A stretch of 64,000 nt of DNA from Geopsychrobacteraceae bacterium (GTDB lineage: Bacteria > Desulfobacterota > Desulfuromonadia > Desulfuromonadales > Geopsychrobacteraceae). Shown here piece after piece: positions 50,191 through 59,739 of this stretch. Location of the stretch: the NCBI GenBank assembly GCA_963662315.1, contig OY759353.1, forward strand, positions 3,104,001-3,168,000, in the 5' to 3' direction. The notes beneath the pieces were generated by a model. That model saw only the letters and a list, made by a program, of their open reading frames with translations. It made no database searches and was not told where the DNA came from. A program made the position numbers and the translations under genes. Position 1 is the first letter of the stretch. The number at the start of each line of letters is the position of its first letter.

Positions 50191-52545
50191 CTATTCCAAC
50201 TCCTTGTCATAATTAAACTTACTGATATCCGGTGGATCATAACCACGGCGTAATGCCTCTATGACCTGTTTGCCGCGCGGGCTGAATGGTCCGACATGGG
50301 CGAGATCGACGATAAAGCTGTGACAACCGAAGCTTTCAAGTTCCCCCAGGTTGCCGATAAAGGAAAAATCGGTACCGCTTTGCAACCAGGTCAGCCCCTG
50401 CCGGTTATTGACGGAAAAAGAGTCGCCACGGTCAGAAACCACCGGACTGTCAGAACGGAGATTCTTGATTTTAATCCGCGATGTTAGCAACGGCACGCTG
50501 GCATAGACAGTCAATGCTGTCGGCACCGGCAGGTCGCGCTGCAGAACTGCGGCCAGGTTGGCTCGGTCATCTTCAATATACAATTCAGTCTGTTTGATCC
50601 CCAGCTGGGCCAGGGCACAGATAGCCTGGCTGTTGAGGGAAAAGAGCCGGAAACTGCTGTGCAGGTTGACGCCTTCAAGTTTGTCAAACAGTGGAAAGTG
50701 ACCGATATTGCTGAGCCGGAAATTCTTGAAGCCACCTTGCACCAGTTGTCTGATGGCCCCTTGTGTATCGCGCCAGTCCTGATCAAACAGAATAAACGGA
50801 ATATCCCAGATAACCTGATCCGCTTTGCGTTGCAGTTTGCCAGCCGTCTGCAGGTTATGGCCGGTTAGAGGGATCAGGACGTTGTTGACCAGCTGGTCGG
50901 ACAGGATATGCTGATCCCGCGTATCTGCCAGCTGAATGCAGATGTTCCGCGATTGCGGGATCTGCGGCCTGTCTGGTAGCAGGCTGTTTCGTGCTTTTTG
51001 GATTTTATCCTGATCGTTGCCGCGCTGGCGGGGCTTCAATACTTCGCGCAACCGGGCATAAAGATCGCGGCGAATCTGTTTCAACTGTTTTGGTGGTATA
51101 ACAATCTCCGGTAGCGGGCCGCAGTTTAATTTACCGAGACTGAAGGGTTCGTTGGCGGTCACGGCAAAGTTGCGTTGCAGAATCTCTGTACTTAAGGGAT
51201 TGTTTTCAGCAGGAAAACTGTCGATGGCAAAGGCCATCGTGTGGACTTGCCCCATGGCAGAGGCCGAAATTTTCAGCTGATCAGGACTGACATCAAGGCG
51301 CAGGTCGATGACTTCGGGTGGAGGCGTTGCCGTAGACAGCTGGCGCCGACAGGCATTTTCGCTCATGGCGAAAGACCCGCTGGATGAGACCAGGTAGACA
51401 CTGTCACCCGCTTTAAACTGGTTGGTAAATGTCGACGGCACACTGACAAAGTTATCGCTGGCGACCTTGTTGACACTGCGCTTGCCGAGCAGCAGCTGGC
51501 GGATGGTGAACGCCGTACCGCTTTTGTCGCTGGCAGGCTGAATGCGTAGGCGGTCACCAATATGCAAGGGCGCCTTGGTTTTAAAACTGATTTCCCCGCC
51601 ACGAACTTTACTGATTTCACCCAGAAAGCGACCGGTAGCCCCCTTGCGGGACGAGATCGCCATGTCAGAGGGCTGGGTTCCGGCCAGAAAGCCTTTGGTC
51701 GGCTGGCGACCAAAACTCTCCTTGAGCAGGAGTTTGGCCTGCTTGAGGATTTCCGGGCGCTGCTGTGGGCCGGCATCGAGGACCTGGCGGTAAGCGTTAA
51801 CGACCTTGTGGACATATTCGGCGCTTTTCATCCGTCCTTCAATTTTCAGACTGCAGATGCCGGCTTGTTCAAGTTCCGGCAACATTTCAATCGCCGACAA
51901 GTCGTTAGGGGAAAAATAATAGCCTTCACTGTTGCGATAGCGGTGATTGCGACGGCAAGGCTGGGCGCAGCGTCCGCGATTGCCGCTTTTGCCACTTAAA
52001 AATGACGAAAAATAGCATTGACCGCTGAATGAAAAGCACAGCGCGCCGTGAATAAAATGCTCCAGTTCAAGAGTGGTTTGTTTACGGATTTCGCTGATTT
52101 CTGGCAGGGTCAGCTCGCGGGACAGAACCGCTCGGGAAAAGCCGAGGCGTTCAAGCATTTTAACCCCGGCCGCGTTATGCACGGTCATTTGGGTTGATGC
52201 GTGTAGTTCAAGGCCGGGAAAGTGATCTTTGACAATTTTCCAGACAGCCAGATCCTGAATGATAATCGCATTGACACCGATGGCTTCAAGAGCCGCCAGA
52301 GTTTCTATCAGGCGCGGTAATTCGTCTTCTTTGATCAGGGTATTCAGCGTGACATGCAGGCTTTTACCCTGAGCCTGGAGAAACCAGGTCATTTTTTCGA
52401 TATCTGCCAGGGAAAAATTCTTAGCCTTGGCCCGGGCAGAAAACTCCTTCATGCCAATATAGATCGCATCGGCACCGGCATCGACTGCAGCAAAGAAGGC
52501 TTCCAGGCTACCCGCAGGAGCCAGCAGTTCGGTTTTGTTGATCAT
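50191..52545 (-). CDS. U32-family protein, long form (RlhA-like rRNA hydroxylation factor)
   Basis: ELLAPAG, HASTQ, HGALCFSFSGQC, NRGRCAQPCR, LKIEGRMK. Confidence 0.88.
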   Translation of the reverse strand: MINKTELLAPAGSLEAFFAAVDAGADAIYIGMKEFSARAKAKNFSLADIEKMTWFLQAQGKSLHVTLNTLIKEDELPRLIETLAALEAIGVNAIIIQDLAVWKIVKDHFPGLELHASTQMTVHNAAGVKMLERLGFSRAVLSRELTLPEISEIRKQTTLELEHFIHGALCFSFSGQCYFSSFLSGKSGNRGRCAQPCRRNHRYRNSEGYYFSPNDLSAIEMLPELEQAGICSLKIEGRMKSAEYVHKVVNAYRQVLDAGPQQRPEILKQAKLLLKESFGRQPTKGFLAGTQPSDMAISSRKGATGRFLGEISKVRGGEISFKTKAPLHIGDRLRIQPASDKSGTAFTIRQLLLGKRSVNKVASDNFVSVPSTFTNQFKAGDSVYLVSSSGSFAMSENACRRQLSTATPPPEVIDLRLDVSPDQLKISASAMGQVHTMAFAIDSFPAENNPLSTEILQRNFAVTANEPFSLGKLNCGPLPEIVIPPKQLKQIRRDLYARLREVLKPRQRGNDQDKIQKARNSLLPDRPQIPQSRNICIQLADTRDQHILSDQLVNNVLIPLTGHNLQTAGKLQRKADQVIWDIPFILFDQDWRDTQGAIRQLVQGGFKNFRLSNIGHFPLFDKLEGVNLHSSFRLFSLNSQAICALAQLGIKQTELYIEDDRANLAAVLQRDLPVPTALTVYASVPLLTSRIKIKNLRSDSPVVSDRGDSFSVNNRQGLTWLQSGTDFSFIGNLGELESFGCHSFIVDLAHVGPFSPRGKQVIEALRRGYDPPDISKFNYDKELE

Positions 52546-52689
52546 TTTGTTTTGCAATTGTGGTCCTACTTTAATCATCCAATCATCTGGCCGTTTTCGC
52601 CCGTGATTGAGGTTAAAAGGGTGGCCGAAGGCATTCTAACGGCTACCCTGGAAATTCAAATAGCAGCGGAAGGTGTTTCCGGTTGCAAA

Positions 52690-53412
52690 CTATTTGCCGA
52701 TAATCTGTTCAACCATCTGCGGGTTAAAACCGTTAATATGGTGCCCGTCAATCCAGTATTGAGGTGTGCCCGTAACGCCAACCTCATTGGCTATTTTACG
52801 GTGCAGTTCCAGCTGACCATTGTCTTTGAAGTCAGGCAGTGGCTGTTGGTCAAAATTGCCGCTGAACACCTCTTCATAAGCCGCAGCAGGATCTGGTGAT
52901 GAGAGAATATAGCGTGCCTTGACATCAGCGTTCGGGTGCAGGCGATCGAGGGGAAACAAGAAGACATAACGGGTTACATCAACACGGCCGGCAAAATAAG
53001 CCGATCCCTGCCGACAGAAAGGGCAGTCCGGATCGGTGACTTCAATGACTTTATGGGGACCGTTCCCAATTTTGATCGCTTTTTCCAAAGGAAACAGGCT
53101 GATCTTCTCGGCCATCAGACGGTCTTTGGTGGCCCGAGTCAGGTTTTTTCGGTCAGCGGACCAGATTTCGCCCAAAATCATATGGCCGCTGGCCGGAGAA
53201 AAATACACGATTTCATTTCCTTGGGCGACAATTTCGTAAATCCCTTGTAGAGGGGTTGGATTGATCTGATCATATTTCAGGCCGGGATAGTAGGTTTTAA
53301 GGGCCTTGGCGACGGCGTCTGTGGTTGGTTGGCTTGGGGGGGCTGCTGGTGCTACCGTTGAGAAACAGCCCAGGGCAAAAATCAGAACAGCAAGACGACT
53401 AAGATTAAACAT
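52690..53412 (-). CDS. dsbC: DsbC-family thiol:disulfide isomerase
   Basis: Signal peptide, dimerisation domain, TDPDCPFC, GVTGTP. Confidence 0.9.
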   Translation of the reverse strand: MFNLSRLAVLIFALGCFSTVAPAAPPSQPTTDAVAKALKTYYPGLKYDQINPTPLQGIYEIVAQGNEIVYFSPASGHMILGEIWSADRKNLTRATKDRLMAEKISLFPLEKAIKIGNGPHKVIEVTDPDCPFCRQGSAYFAGRVDVTRYVFLFPLDRLHPNADVKARYILSSPDPAAAYEEVFSGNFDQQPLPDFKDNGQLELHRKIANEVGVTGTPQYWIDGHHINGFNPQMVEQIIGK

Positions 53413-53571
53413 GTGAAAACTCCCAGTGTAGAAACTCTTTTTAGAGCAGCAGCATACACCAGACGTTGTTCAGGTGGAAACCCTGATCTTTGCCCTGGCT
53501 AGATAAATTGAATATGTCTATATGAAAATTCAGTAGTTAGGGGCCTCCCGGAAACATCGGAACAAAACTGG

Positions 53572-53763
53572 TTAGCCTTCTTTGACTCCCAGTTTGCGCA
53601 AGATGGTAATCATCGGACACCAGTCGGTAAAGGCGCTCTGAAACAGGTTCAAACCAACAAAGGCAGTAAAATAAAGCCAATTGACAGAATGATACTGAGA
53701 TAAAATGACACTCAGTATTATGAAGAAGCCTGCAATTAAACGTAAATATCGGTTAACAGTCAT
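53572..53763 (-). CDS. DUF2892 (YgaP-like) small membrane protein
   Basis: RLIAG...FVGLNLFQSAFTDWCPM; GGAGG RBS. Confidence 0.85.
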   Translation of the reverse strand: MTVNRYLRLIAGFFIILSVILSQYHSVNWLYFTAFVGLNLFQSAFTDWCPMITILRKLGVKEG

Positions 53764-54001
53764 AGTGACCTCCTTTTTAGGGTTACTATATATTAAGATA
53801 TGCATATAATCAATATGTTTGAATCCATACCTCGCCGGGGCAGGATCTGGAAATGCCAGTACATATTTGTCGGTTCTCGGAAGAAAAGCACCTAAAAAGA
53901 ATAACTTTCTTCAAAGAGTTTGCAATCAATGGGGTAAAATTTCTTTATCAGGTGGTTCTGACGAATCGCTACGGGAAAAGAGGTTTAAAGGAGAATAGCT
54001 G

Positions 54002-54859
54002 ATGATAAGCAAATACAGAGCGTCTCAGTCCGTTGTCGTTGTTTTAATGATTCTGTTCAGTTTATCCGCCTATGCTGGTTGGAGGCAGGATCCTGAAGTA
54101 AAAACAGAAAAAAAGGCAGAAAATCGGAGTAGCCAACGACCTGAAATGAACAATGGCAAAAATTCTGGTTATCAGCAGGGGCAACGGTACCAGGGGAACG
54201 ATATTTATCAGGGGAAAAAACATCCAGCACCGCCCCCGGTAACGACATCAGGGTTCCAGATCGATAATTTTTCGAATCCGCGTTTTGGCAAAAAATCGTC
54301 TTACGAGTTTGATAATCGTCACCATCATCGTCGTTATTATCCGCGGCAGGGAACCCGGGTTACAATTCTGCCCCGTGGCTATCGGACGGTGCCGTGGCAG
54401 GGAACCCGGTATTATTTTTTCGGTGGCAGCTGGTATTTATCATCCACCAGCGGCTATATTGTGGCTCTGCCGCCGATTGGTCTGCTGGTTCCGTTTTTAC
54501 CCTCTTTTTATACGACAATCTGGGTCAGCGGTATCCCCTATTATTATGCCGGGGGGGTCTATTATATCTGGGAGCCAGTTGAGCAGTCCTACCGGGTGAC
54601 GAAGGCTCCGCCACAACAGGATGTAGTCGAAGGGGACCCGGTGCCACAGCGCCTGTTTATCTATCCGCGTCAAGGACAAAGTGAACAGCAGCAGGCTGCC
54701 GACCGCTATGAATGCCATAGCTGGGCCAAAAGCCAGGCTGATTTTGACCCGACTCTGCCGACGGATGACTTTCCGGCTTCCGAAATTAGCCGGCGAGGCG
54801 CTGACTACAACCGGGCGATGAAAGCCTGCCTGGTGGCGCGTGGCTACAGTGTTGAATAG
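54002..54859 (+). CDS. Secreted Tyr/Pro/Gly-rich hypothetical protein (DUF6515-like)
   Basis: Signal peptide; LPxGY...YYxxGxxY repeats; C-terminal IYPRQGQSEQQQAADRYECH. Confidence 0.65.
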   Translation: MISKYRASQSVVVVLMILFSLSAYAGWRQDPEVKTEKKAENRSSQRPEMNNGKNSGYQQGQRYQGNDIYQGKKHPAPPPVTTSGFQIDNFSNPRFGKKSSYEFDNRHHHRRYYPRQGTRVTILPRGYRTVPWQGTRYYFFGGSWYLSSTSGYIVALPPIGLLVPFLPSFYTTIWVSGIPYYYAGGVYYIWEPVEQSYRVTKAPPQQDVVEGDPVPQRLFIYPRQGQSEQQQAADRYECHSWAKSQADFDPTLPTDDFPASEISRRGADYNRAMKACLVARGYSVE

Positions 54860-54900
54860 TCTGTTGAAGCCAGTCAAATGATTAGACGGGAATTGATGGC

Positions 54901-55812
54901 TCAGGTTGCCGGTAAAATGGTAATCAGCAGCGGAATCAGAATCAGACCGATCATTGTCGAGTATGAAACAACTCCGGCCGCGAGATCACCATCCAGTTCT
55001 TCCATTGCGGCATAAGTCAGGGTCAGGATTCCCGAGGGTGCCGAGGACAGCAGGAGGACCATGGTGCGAACCAGTCCGTGCAGATCAAAAACAGTGACGC
55101 AGATCAGGCCGATAGTCAGGCCGCCCAGTATCCGCAACAGGATGGCTGAAAACAGTTGAGCAGGGCGATCAATGCGGGTTTCAAAATAGATCCCCAGCGG
55201 AATCATCATCAGTGGCGTAACCAGCCCGCTGAGAATGGTGACAAATTCCGTAGCGATATGGGGTAGCTCCCATGCGTAAATATTCAGAATAAGGGCAAAA
55301 ATTAATGCCAGTAACGGTGGAGAGGAAATAAACTTTTTTAACAATACCGTAAAGCTCTGATTGTTACCGCGCCCGTAACGACAGGCGTTGATATAAACAA
55401 AAGAGAAAACGACAGAAGCGTGACCAAAATCAAACAAGGACGCGATGGCCATCCCTTCGGGGCCATATACGGACAGCGCAAAAGGGTAGAGAAAACCCGT
55501 GTTCATGATGACGGCACCGATAATGAAAGCGCCCAGGGTCCGTGGCGTTAACTGCATGCGGCGACCGGTCAGCCAGGCCAACCAGTAAATGGCAAAATCA
55601 ATAATCGCCGCCGATATGGGGATGGCGATCAGGTCGATGGAAAGGTCCAGGTGGGGAACTGCTCGGAGGAATAATGCCGGTGCGGCAACATAGAAAAACA
55701 GCCTGAGAAACTGGTCGGCGTGGGCTTTCGTGAAAATGCCTGTTCTGCGCAGCAGTACACCCAGTGCAAAGGTCAGCAACACTGGTGCAATTTTTATAAA
55801 AACAGCGGACAT
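54901..55812 (-). CDS. AEC-family transporter
   Basis: About 10 TM segments; NTGFLYP, SPPLLA, SAPSG. Confidence 0.88.
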   Translation of the reverse strand: MSAVFIKIAPVLLTFALGVLLRRTGIFTKAHADQFLRLFFYVAAPALFLRAVPHLDLSIDLIAIPISAAIIDFAIYWLAWLTGRRMQLTPRTLGAFIIGAVIMNTGFLYPFALSVYGPEGMAIASLFDFGHASVVFSFVYINACRYGRGNNQSFTVLLKKFISSPPLLALIFALILNIYAWELPHIATEFVTILSGLVTPLMMIPLGIYFETRIDRPAQLFSAILLRILGGLTIGLICVTVFDLHGLVRTMVLLLSSAPSGILTLTYAAMEELDGDLAAGVVSYSTMIGLILIPLLITILPAT

Positions 55813-56110
55813 GAGATCTCAAGGGTACTGGCAAGGGGGAGACTGTCTGCAAGTGAAGGTCGTTTCATAGTAAGAAGCAGAGCAGAAACGTGTCTGGAGA
55901 GATAATAACTCACCACGGCATGACCACCACTCAAGGCTATTTGCCAAACTATCACCAATTTGCCATATTGCAAATGATTGATAATGGGGAGCAACGCTAA
56001 TTTTGAATTTACCTGAGTTGCGACTCCGTTGTATTTCACTTTCTTTAAAACAAAATCGTTTCGAAACTGATATATGCTAAGCTCGCGTTTTCGGAGTAAA
56101 CCTTGTTTTT

Positions 56111-56899
56111 ATGGATGAAAATCGTAAATTTCTGATTTCTTTGGATGATGGACTGCATATCGAAGCGGTGTGGTATGCCAGTGGAACCCTGTGTCTGTCG
56201 ACGCAGGCGGGCTGCGCCATGGGTTGCCCTTTCTGTGCGTCTGGGCGACTCGGTTGGCAGCGTAATCTGTCAGTTGCAGAATTTCACAAGCAACTCGAAA
56301 TGTGTCGTAGCTTTGGGATTGAGCCCCAACGTCTGACCCTGTCTGGGATAGGTGAACCGCTTCAGAATCTTAGCGCCGTCAGTGCGTTCATCACACGTTG
56401 TCAGCAGCAAAACCTTGATGTTTCAGTGACAACCACCGGTACTCCCCTGCCCGCATTGGAACGTTTACTTGGCTGGCACCATGTTGCGGTCATGTTTTCC
56501 CTGCATGCTGGCAGTGAAGCTGTCTATCGTCAGTTGGTTCCTGCAGGGCCAGGGCTGATAGCGTTGAAAAATAAGCTGCTGAATATCTGGCCTGCTCTCA
56601 GCAAGCGCCAGAAGCGTCGCACAGGGATCAACTATCTTTTGTTGAAGGGGGTTAATGATCATGATCAGGAACTTGATGCACTGTGTGAATGGTTAGAACC
56701 CTTTCCGGAAATGACGCTGCATCTGCTCCAGTGCAATGTTGTTGATGGCTCTGATTATGTCAGCCCCAGCGCAGATCGTTGTCAAGAAATTTACCTGCGT
56801 CTGCGGGCACAGGGATTAAATGTGCGTCGGGCGAATCGCTGGCGGCGTCAACAGCAAGGGGGGTGTGGAACCCTGGTTCTTGGTCGTGAAAAATCATAG
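56111..56899 (+). CDS. Short RlmN/Cfr-like radical SAM protein
   Basis: TLCLSTQAGCAMGCPFCASG, SGIGEPL, SLHA, YLLLKGVND, GGCGTL. Confidence 0.85.
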   Translation: MDENRKFLISLDDGLHIEAVWYASGTLCLSTQAGCAMGCPFCASGRLGWQRNLSVAEFHKQLEMCRSFGIEPQRLTLSGIGEPLQNLSAVSAFITRCQQQNLDVSVTTTGTPLPALERLLGWHHVAVMFSLHAGSEAVYRQLVPAGPGLIALKNKLLNIWPALSKRQKRRTGINYLLLKGVNDHDQELDALCEWLEPFPEMTLHLLQCNVVDGSDYVSPSADRCQEIYLRLRAQGLNVRRANRWRRQQQGGCGTLVLGREKS

Positions 56900-56968
56900 T
56901 TTGGAGTGCTTTTAATATTAAAAATCCCGATAAGATGCCGTATATCTATTAATATTGAAAATTAGATG

Positions 56969-56997
56969 TTGACAAGAAATATAAATTTTATTATAGT
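56969..56997 (+). promoter_or_regulatory. Near-consensus sigma70 promoter with no downstream + strand ORF
   Basis: TTGACA-17 bp-TATAGT with AT-rich upstream sequence. Confidence 0.75.
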
Positions 56998-57002
56998 CGT
57001 GC

Positions 57003-57067
57003 CATGTCTTTTCTAAAGACATGGCCCCGTTAGCCTCCCCCCCCTCCAGGCTAATGGGGCCTTTTTT
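57003..57067 (+). ncRNA. Candidate small RNA (about 65 nt) with C-rich terminator loop
   Basis: Promoter, then hairpin CATGTCTTT/AAAGACATG, then GGCCCCGTTAGCCT-cccccccctcc-AGGCTAATGGGGCC and a T6 tract. Confidence 0.6.
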
Positions 57068-57323
57068 ATGCTTCCCCCTCTAATTCTTCCAACATCGCTT
57101 TGGCAAAGTTTTTAGCTCGTCCTCCAGGGGCCATCATGCCATAGGCCATCGCTTCTTTGAGTTCCTCTTCCGTAGCACCATGCTGCTTCGCGACCGCGAA
57201 GTGTTTTTTCATTCAGTCGGGACAATGAACCGCAATGGCACAGGCCACCCTGATCAGTTCTCTGGTTTTCATGTCGAGCACTTCAGAATATTCAAAGTCA
57301 AAAAACTTTTTACGCAATTTCAT
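57066..57323 (-). CDS. AhpD/carboxymuconolactone decarboxylase-family selenoprotein (CxxU), 85 aa
   Basis: AAGGAG RBS. MKLRKK...LDMKTRELIRVACAIAVHCPD-TGA-MKKHFAVAKQHGATEEELKEAM...LEGEA*: family similarity continues past the in-frame TGA at 57215-57213. Confidence 0.88.
57186..57201 (-). promoter_or_regulatory. Bacterial SECIS element
   Basis: CUUCGC-GGUC-GCGAAG hairpin starting 11 nt after the UGA. Confidence 0.8.
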
Positions 57324-57556
57324 AGACTCTCCTTCTCGGCATACCTGCAGGCTAGGAAACGCTGAATGGCTATTTAAAAAGTTGCAATTCGTAAACTCCA
57401 GAGGCGAAGGATCTGTTTTTCTATTTAGCAAGGAGCCATTTTTTGTAAGGTCAAGCAAATCAAGCTTTTGAGCAGAGGCCCATTCCGTTATGCCGCCAAG
57501 GCAAAAGAGCTGATTGATGCAGCGATTGCGGAAAAGGGGAATCGCCAATCTGAAAA

Positions 57557-58351
57557 TTAAGAGTGGTCAGGTTTGGCAACGTGCAGTGTGACATTATGTT
57601 CTTGCAGGCAATTTAATATTTCCTTGGGTGGTTGCTTGTCACAGAACAATGCCGTGATTTGCGAAAGATGACCGAGACGTACCACTGCGTTGCGGCCAAA
57701 CTTGGAATGATCCGTTGCCAGATAGACTTTCCTTGAATTCTCTATAATGGCTTGAGCGACCCGAACTTCGTGGTAATCAAAATCGAGCAGGGTGCCATCA
57801 TCTTCAATGGCTGAAACACCGATGATTCCATAATCGACTTTAAACTGACGAATAAAGTCAATGGTTGCCTCTCCGGTGACTCCGCGGTCACGACTACGCA
57901 CGACACCGCCGGCGATAATAACTTCGCAGGTTGGATTGCTGCTCAAAATGGTGGCGACATTCAGGTCGTTGGTGATGATCCGTAAGCCTTCATGATTGCG
58001 CAGTGCTCTGGCAACCTCTTCAGTCGTGGTGCCAATATCAATGAAAACCGAAGCCCGGTTGGGGATCTGAGCAGCGACTTCACGGGCAATACGCTGTTTT
58101 TCAGCCCGTAATAGAACCTTTCTGGTTTCATAGGCCACATTTTCAACGCTTGAGTTAATCCCGACACCGCCATGAAAACGTCTGACAACACCGTGTTCGC
58201 AAAGTTCATTGATATCTCTGCGGATGGTTTGTGGTGTTACGGAAAAATGTTGAGCCATCTCTTCAACAGCCGCAAAACCCTGTTGCTGTACCAGTTCGAC
58301 AATCTGCTTCTGGCGCTTGTTCAAGCTCAAGTCTGTCTTGGTGCTCGCCAT
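57557..58351 (-). CDS. glpR: Glycerol-3-phosphate regulon repressor (DeoR family)
   Basis: FSVTPQTIRRD, IDIGTT, DHSKFGR; divergent from glpFK. Confidence 0.93.
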   Translation of the reverse strand: MASTKTDLSLNKRQKQIVELVQQQGFAAVEEMAQHFSVTPQTIRRDINELCEHGVVRRFHGGVGINSSVENVAYETRKVLLRAEKQRIAREVAAQIPNRASVFIDIGTTTEEVARALRNHEGLRIITNDLNVATILSSNPTCEVIIAGGVVRSRDRGVTGEATIDFIRQFKVDYGIIGVSAIEDDGTLLDFDYHEVRVAQAIIENSRKVYLATDHSKFGRNAVVRLGHLSQITALFCDKQPPKEILNCLQEHNVTLHVAKPDHS

Positions 58352-58555
58352 CGATCCTCCTCTATTGAATCCTCAATGTTGTAAAACACACATAATAAAT
58401 AATTATAATAGCCAGAAATGTAACACAATTTAGGAAGAGTGAAAATATTATTGTTTTTATTGTTGTTTTCCGAAAATTTTGCTCCGGTGTCAGTAGAATC
58501 AGGGGTCTTAGGCCGTTGACCAATAGCGATCTTGTTCCTTTTTAGCCTGTTTGCA

Positions 58556-58649
58556 TTCGAAAGTGAACCTTGCTGGCAAATAATTTTCGAAATAGAACAT
58601 AATTGTGTTGCAACACACTGACTAATCATGCTAGCTTTCGCTTTAGAAT
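58556..58649. promoter_or_regulatory. Putative GlpR operators
   Basis: TTCG-N5-GAA at 58556, 58586 and 58637, resembling GlpR half-sites (TGTTCG...CGAACA). Confidence 0.55.
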
Positions 58650-58971
58650 AGCGTTTGGTTGTAACTGAACGTTTCACTGCATGGCAAATGTTGCTGTGAG
58701 CAGAAATGGTTAAGATCTTAAAAAAGTGCCGATAATCAATGGTATGGGCTGTTTCCCAGGGTGTTTGAGTAGGGTCGTGAAACACTGACAGGGTTTTACT
58801 GATACGGTGTGGTGGCATGCTCAGACGTCAGAAAATGTTGTTTTGGTTTGTCGTTGTTATGACGCTATTTTGAACAAAGGAGGTGCCTGCCGGAAAAGTT
58901 GAAATTGGTATGCAAAGAGAGCGCTCAATGGTGAGAGGTTGTTAAAATTTGAAAAATTCAAGGAGTGTAAA

Positions 58972-59691
58972 ATGAGTATCTTTATCGGAGAATTAATCGG
59001 AACTGCCATACTGATTTTGCTTGGTGGCGGGGTTGTAGCAAACGTACTTCTGGAAAACTCCAAAGGTCAGAATTCCGGGTGGATTGTTATAACGGCTGGT
59101 TGGGGTTTTGGTGTTGCGATAGCCGTTTATGTTGCCGGATGGATGAGCGGTGCTCATCTTAATCCTGCCGTAACCGTTGGTTTTCTGGTAACGGGAGCTG
59201 TCACGGCCTCTGAAGCGATGATCTATTTTGCCGGAGAGTTTGCCGGGGCCTTTTTGGGGGCGGTCCTGGTCTGGCTTGCTTATCTTCCTCATTGGAGTAA
59301 AACCGAAAATGCCGATCTTAAACTGGCGGTATTCAGTACGGGTCCTGCGATTCGTCATACTGCCGGAAATTTTATCTGTGAAGTTATCGGTACGGCCATG
59401 CTGATGGTCGGAATTCTGGGAATTTTCAATGCTAACAACGGTATTGGCAGCGGTTTTGGACCCTACGCTGTCGGTATCCTCGTTTTCAGCCTGGGCCTTT
59501 CTCTTGGTGGTCCTACAGGTTACGCTATCAATCCTGCTCGTGATCTCGGTCCTCGTATCGCCCACGCTATCCTGCCGATTCCCGGTAAGCGCGATTCCGA
59601 TTGGTCGTATGCCTGGATTCCGGTTGTCGGACCGATTGTCGGTGGCGCAGTCGGTGCCCTTATCTACCAGGGTGTCGTTGGATTTATGTAA
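58972..59691 (+). CDS. glpF: Glycerol uptake facilitator (aquaglyceroporin)
   Basis: SGAHLNPAVT and GYAINPARD. Confidence 0.96.
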   Translation: MSIFIGELIGTAILILLGGGVVANVLLENSKGQNSGWIVITAGWGFGVAIAVYVAGWMSGAHLNPAVTVGFLVTGAVTASEAMIYFAGEFAGAFLGAVLVWLAYLPHWSKTENADLKLAVFSTGPAIRHTAGNFICEVIGTAMLMVGILGIFNANNGIGSGFGPYAVGILVFSLGLSLGGPTGYAINPARDLGPRIAHAILPIPGKRDSDWSYAWIPVVGPIVGGAVGALIYQGVVGFM

Positions 59692-59739
59692 GCCTTTTGT
59701 ACGTTGATTCTGACTTCAAATATCAAAGGAGATTAGTTC

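Noticed and set aside
54340..54412. Direct repeat GGCAGGGAACCCGG
   Set aside because: Two copies inside a coding region, reflecting a QGTR peptide repeat
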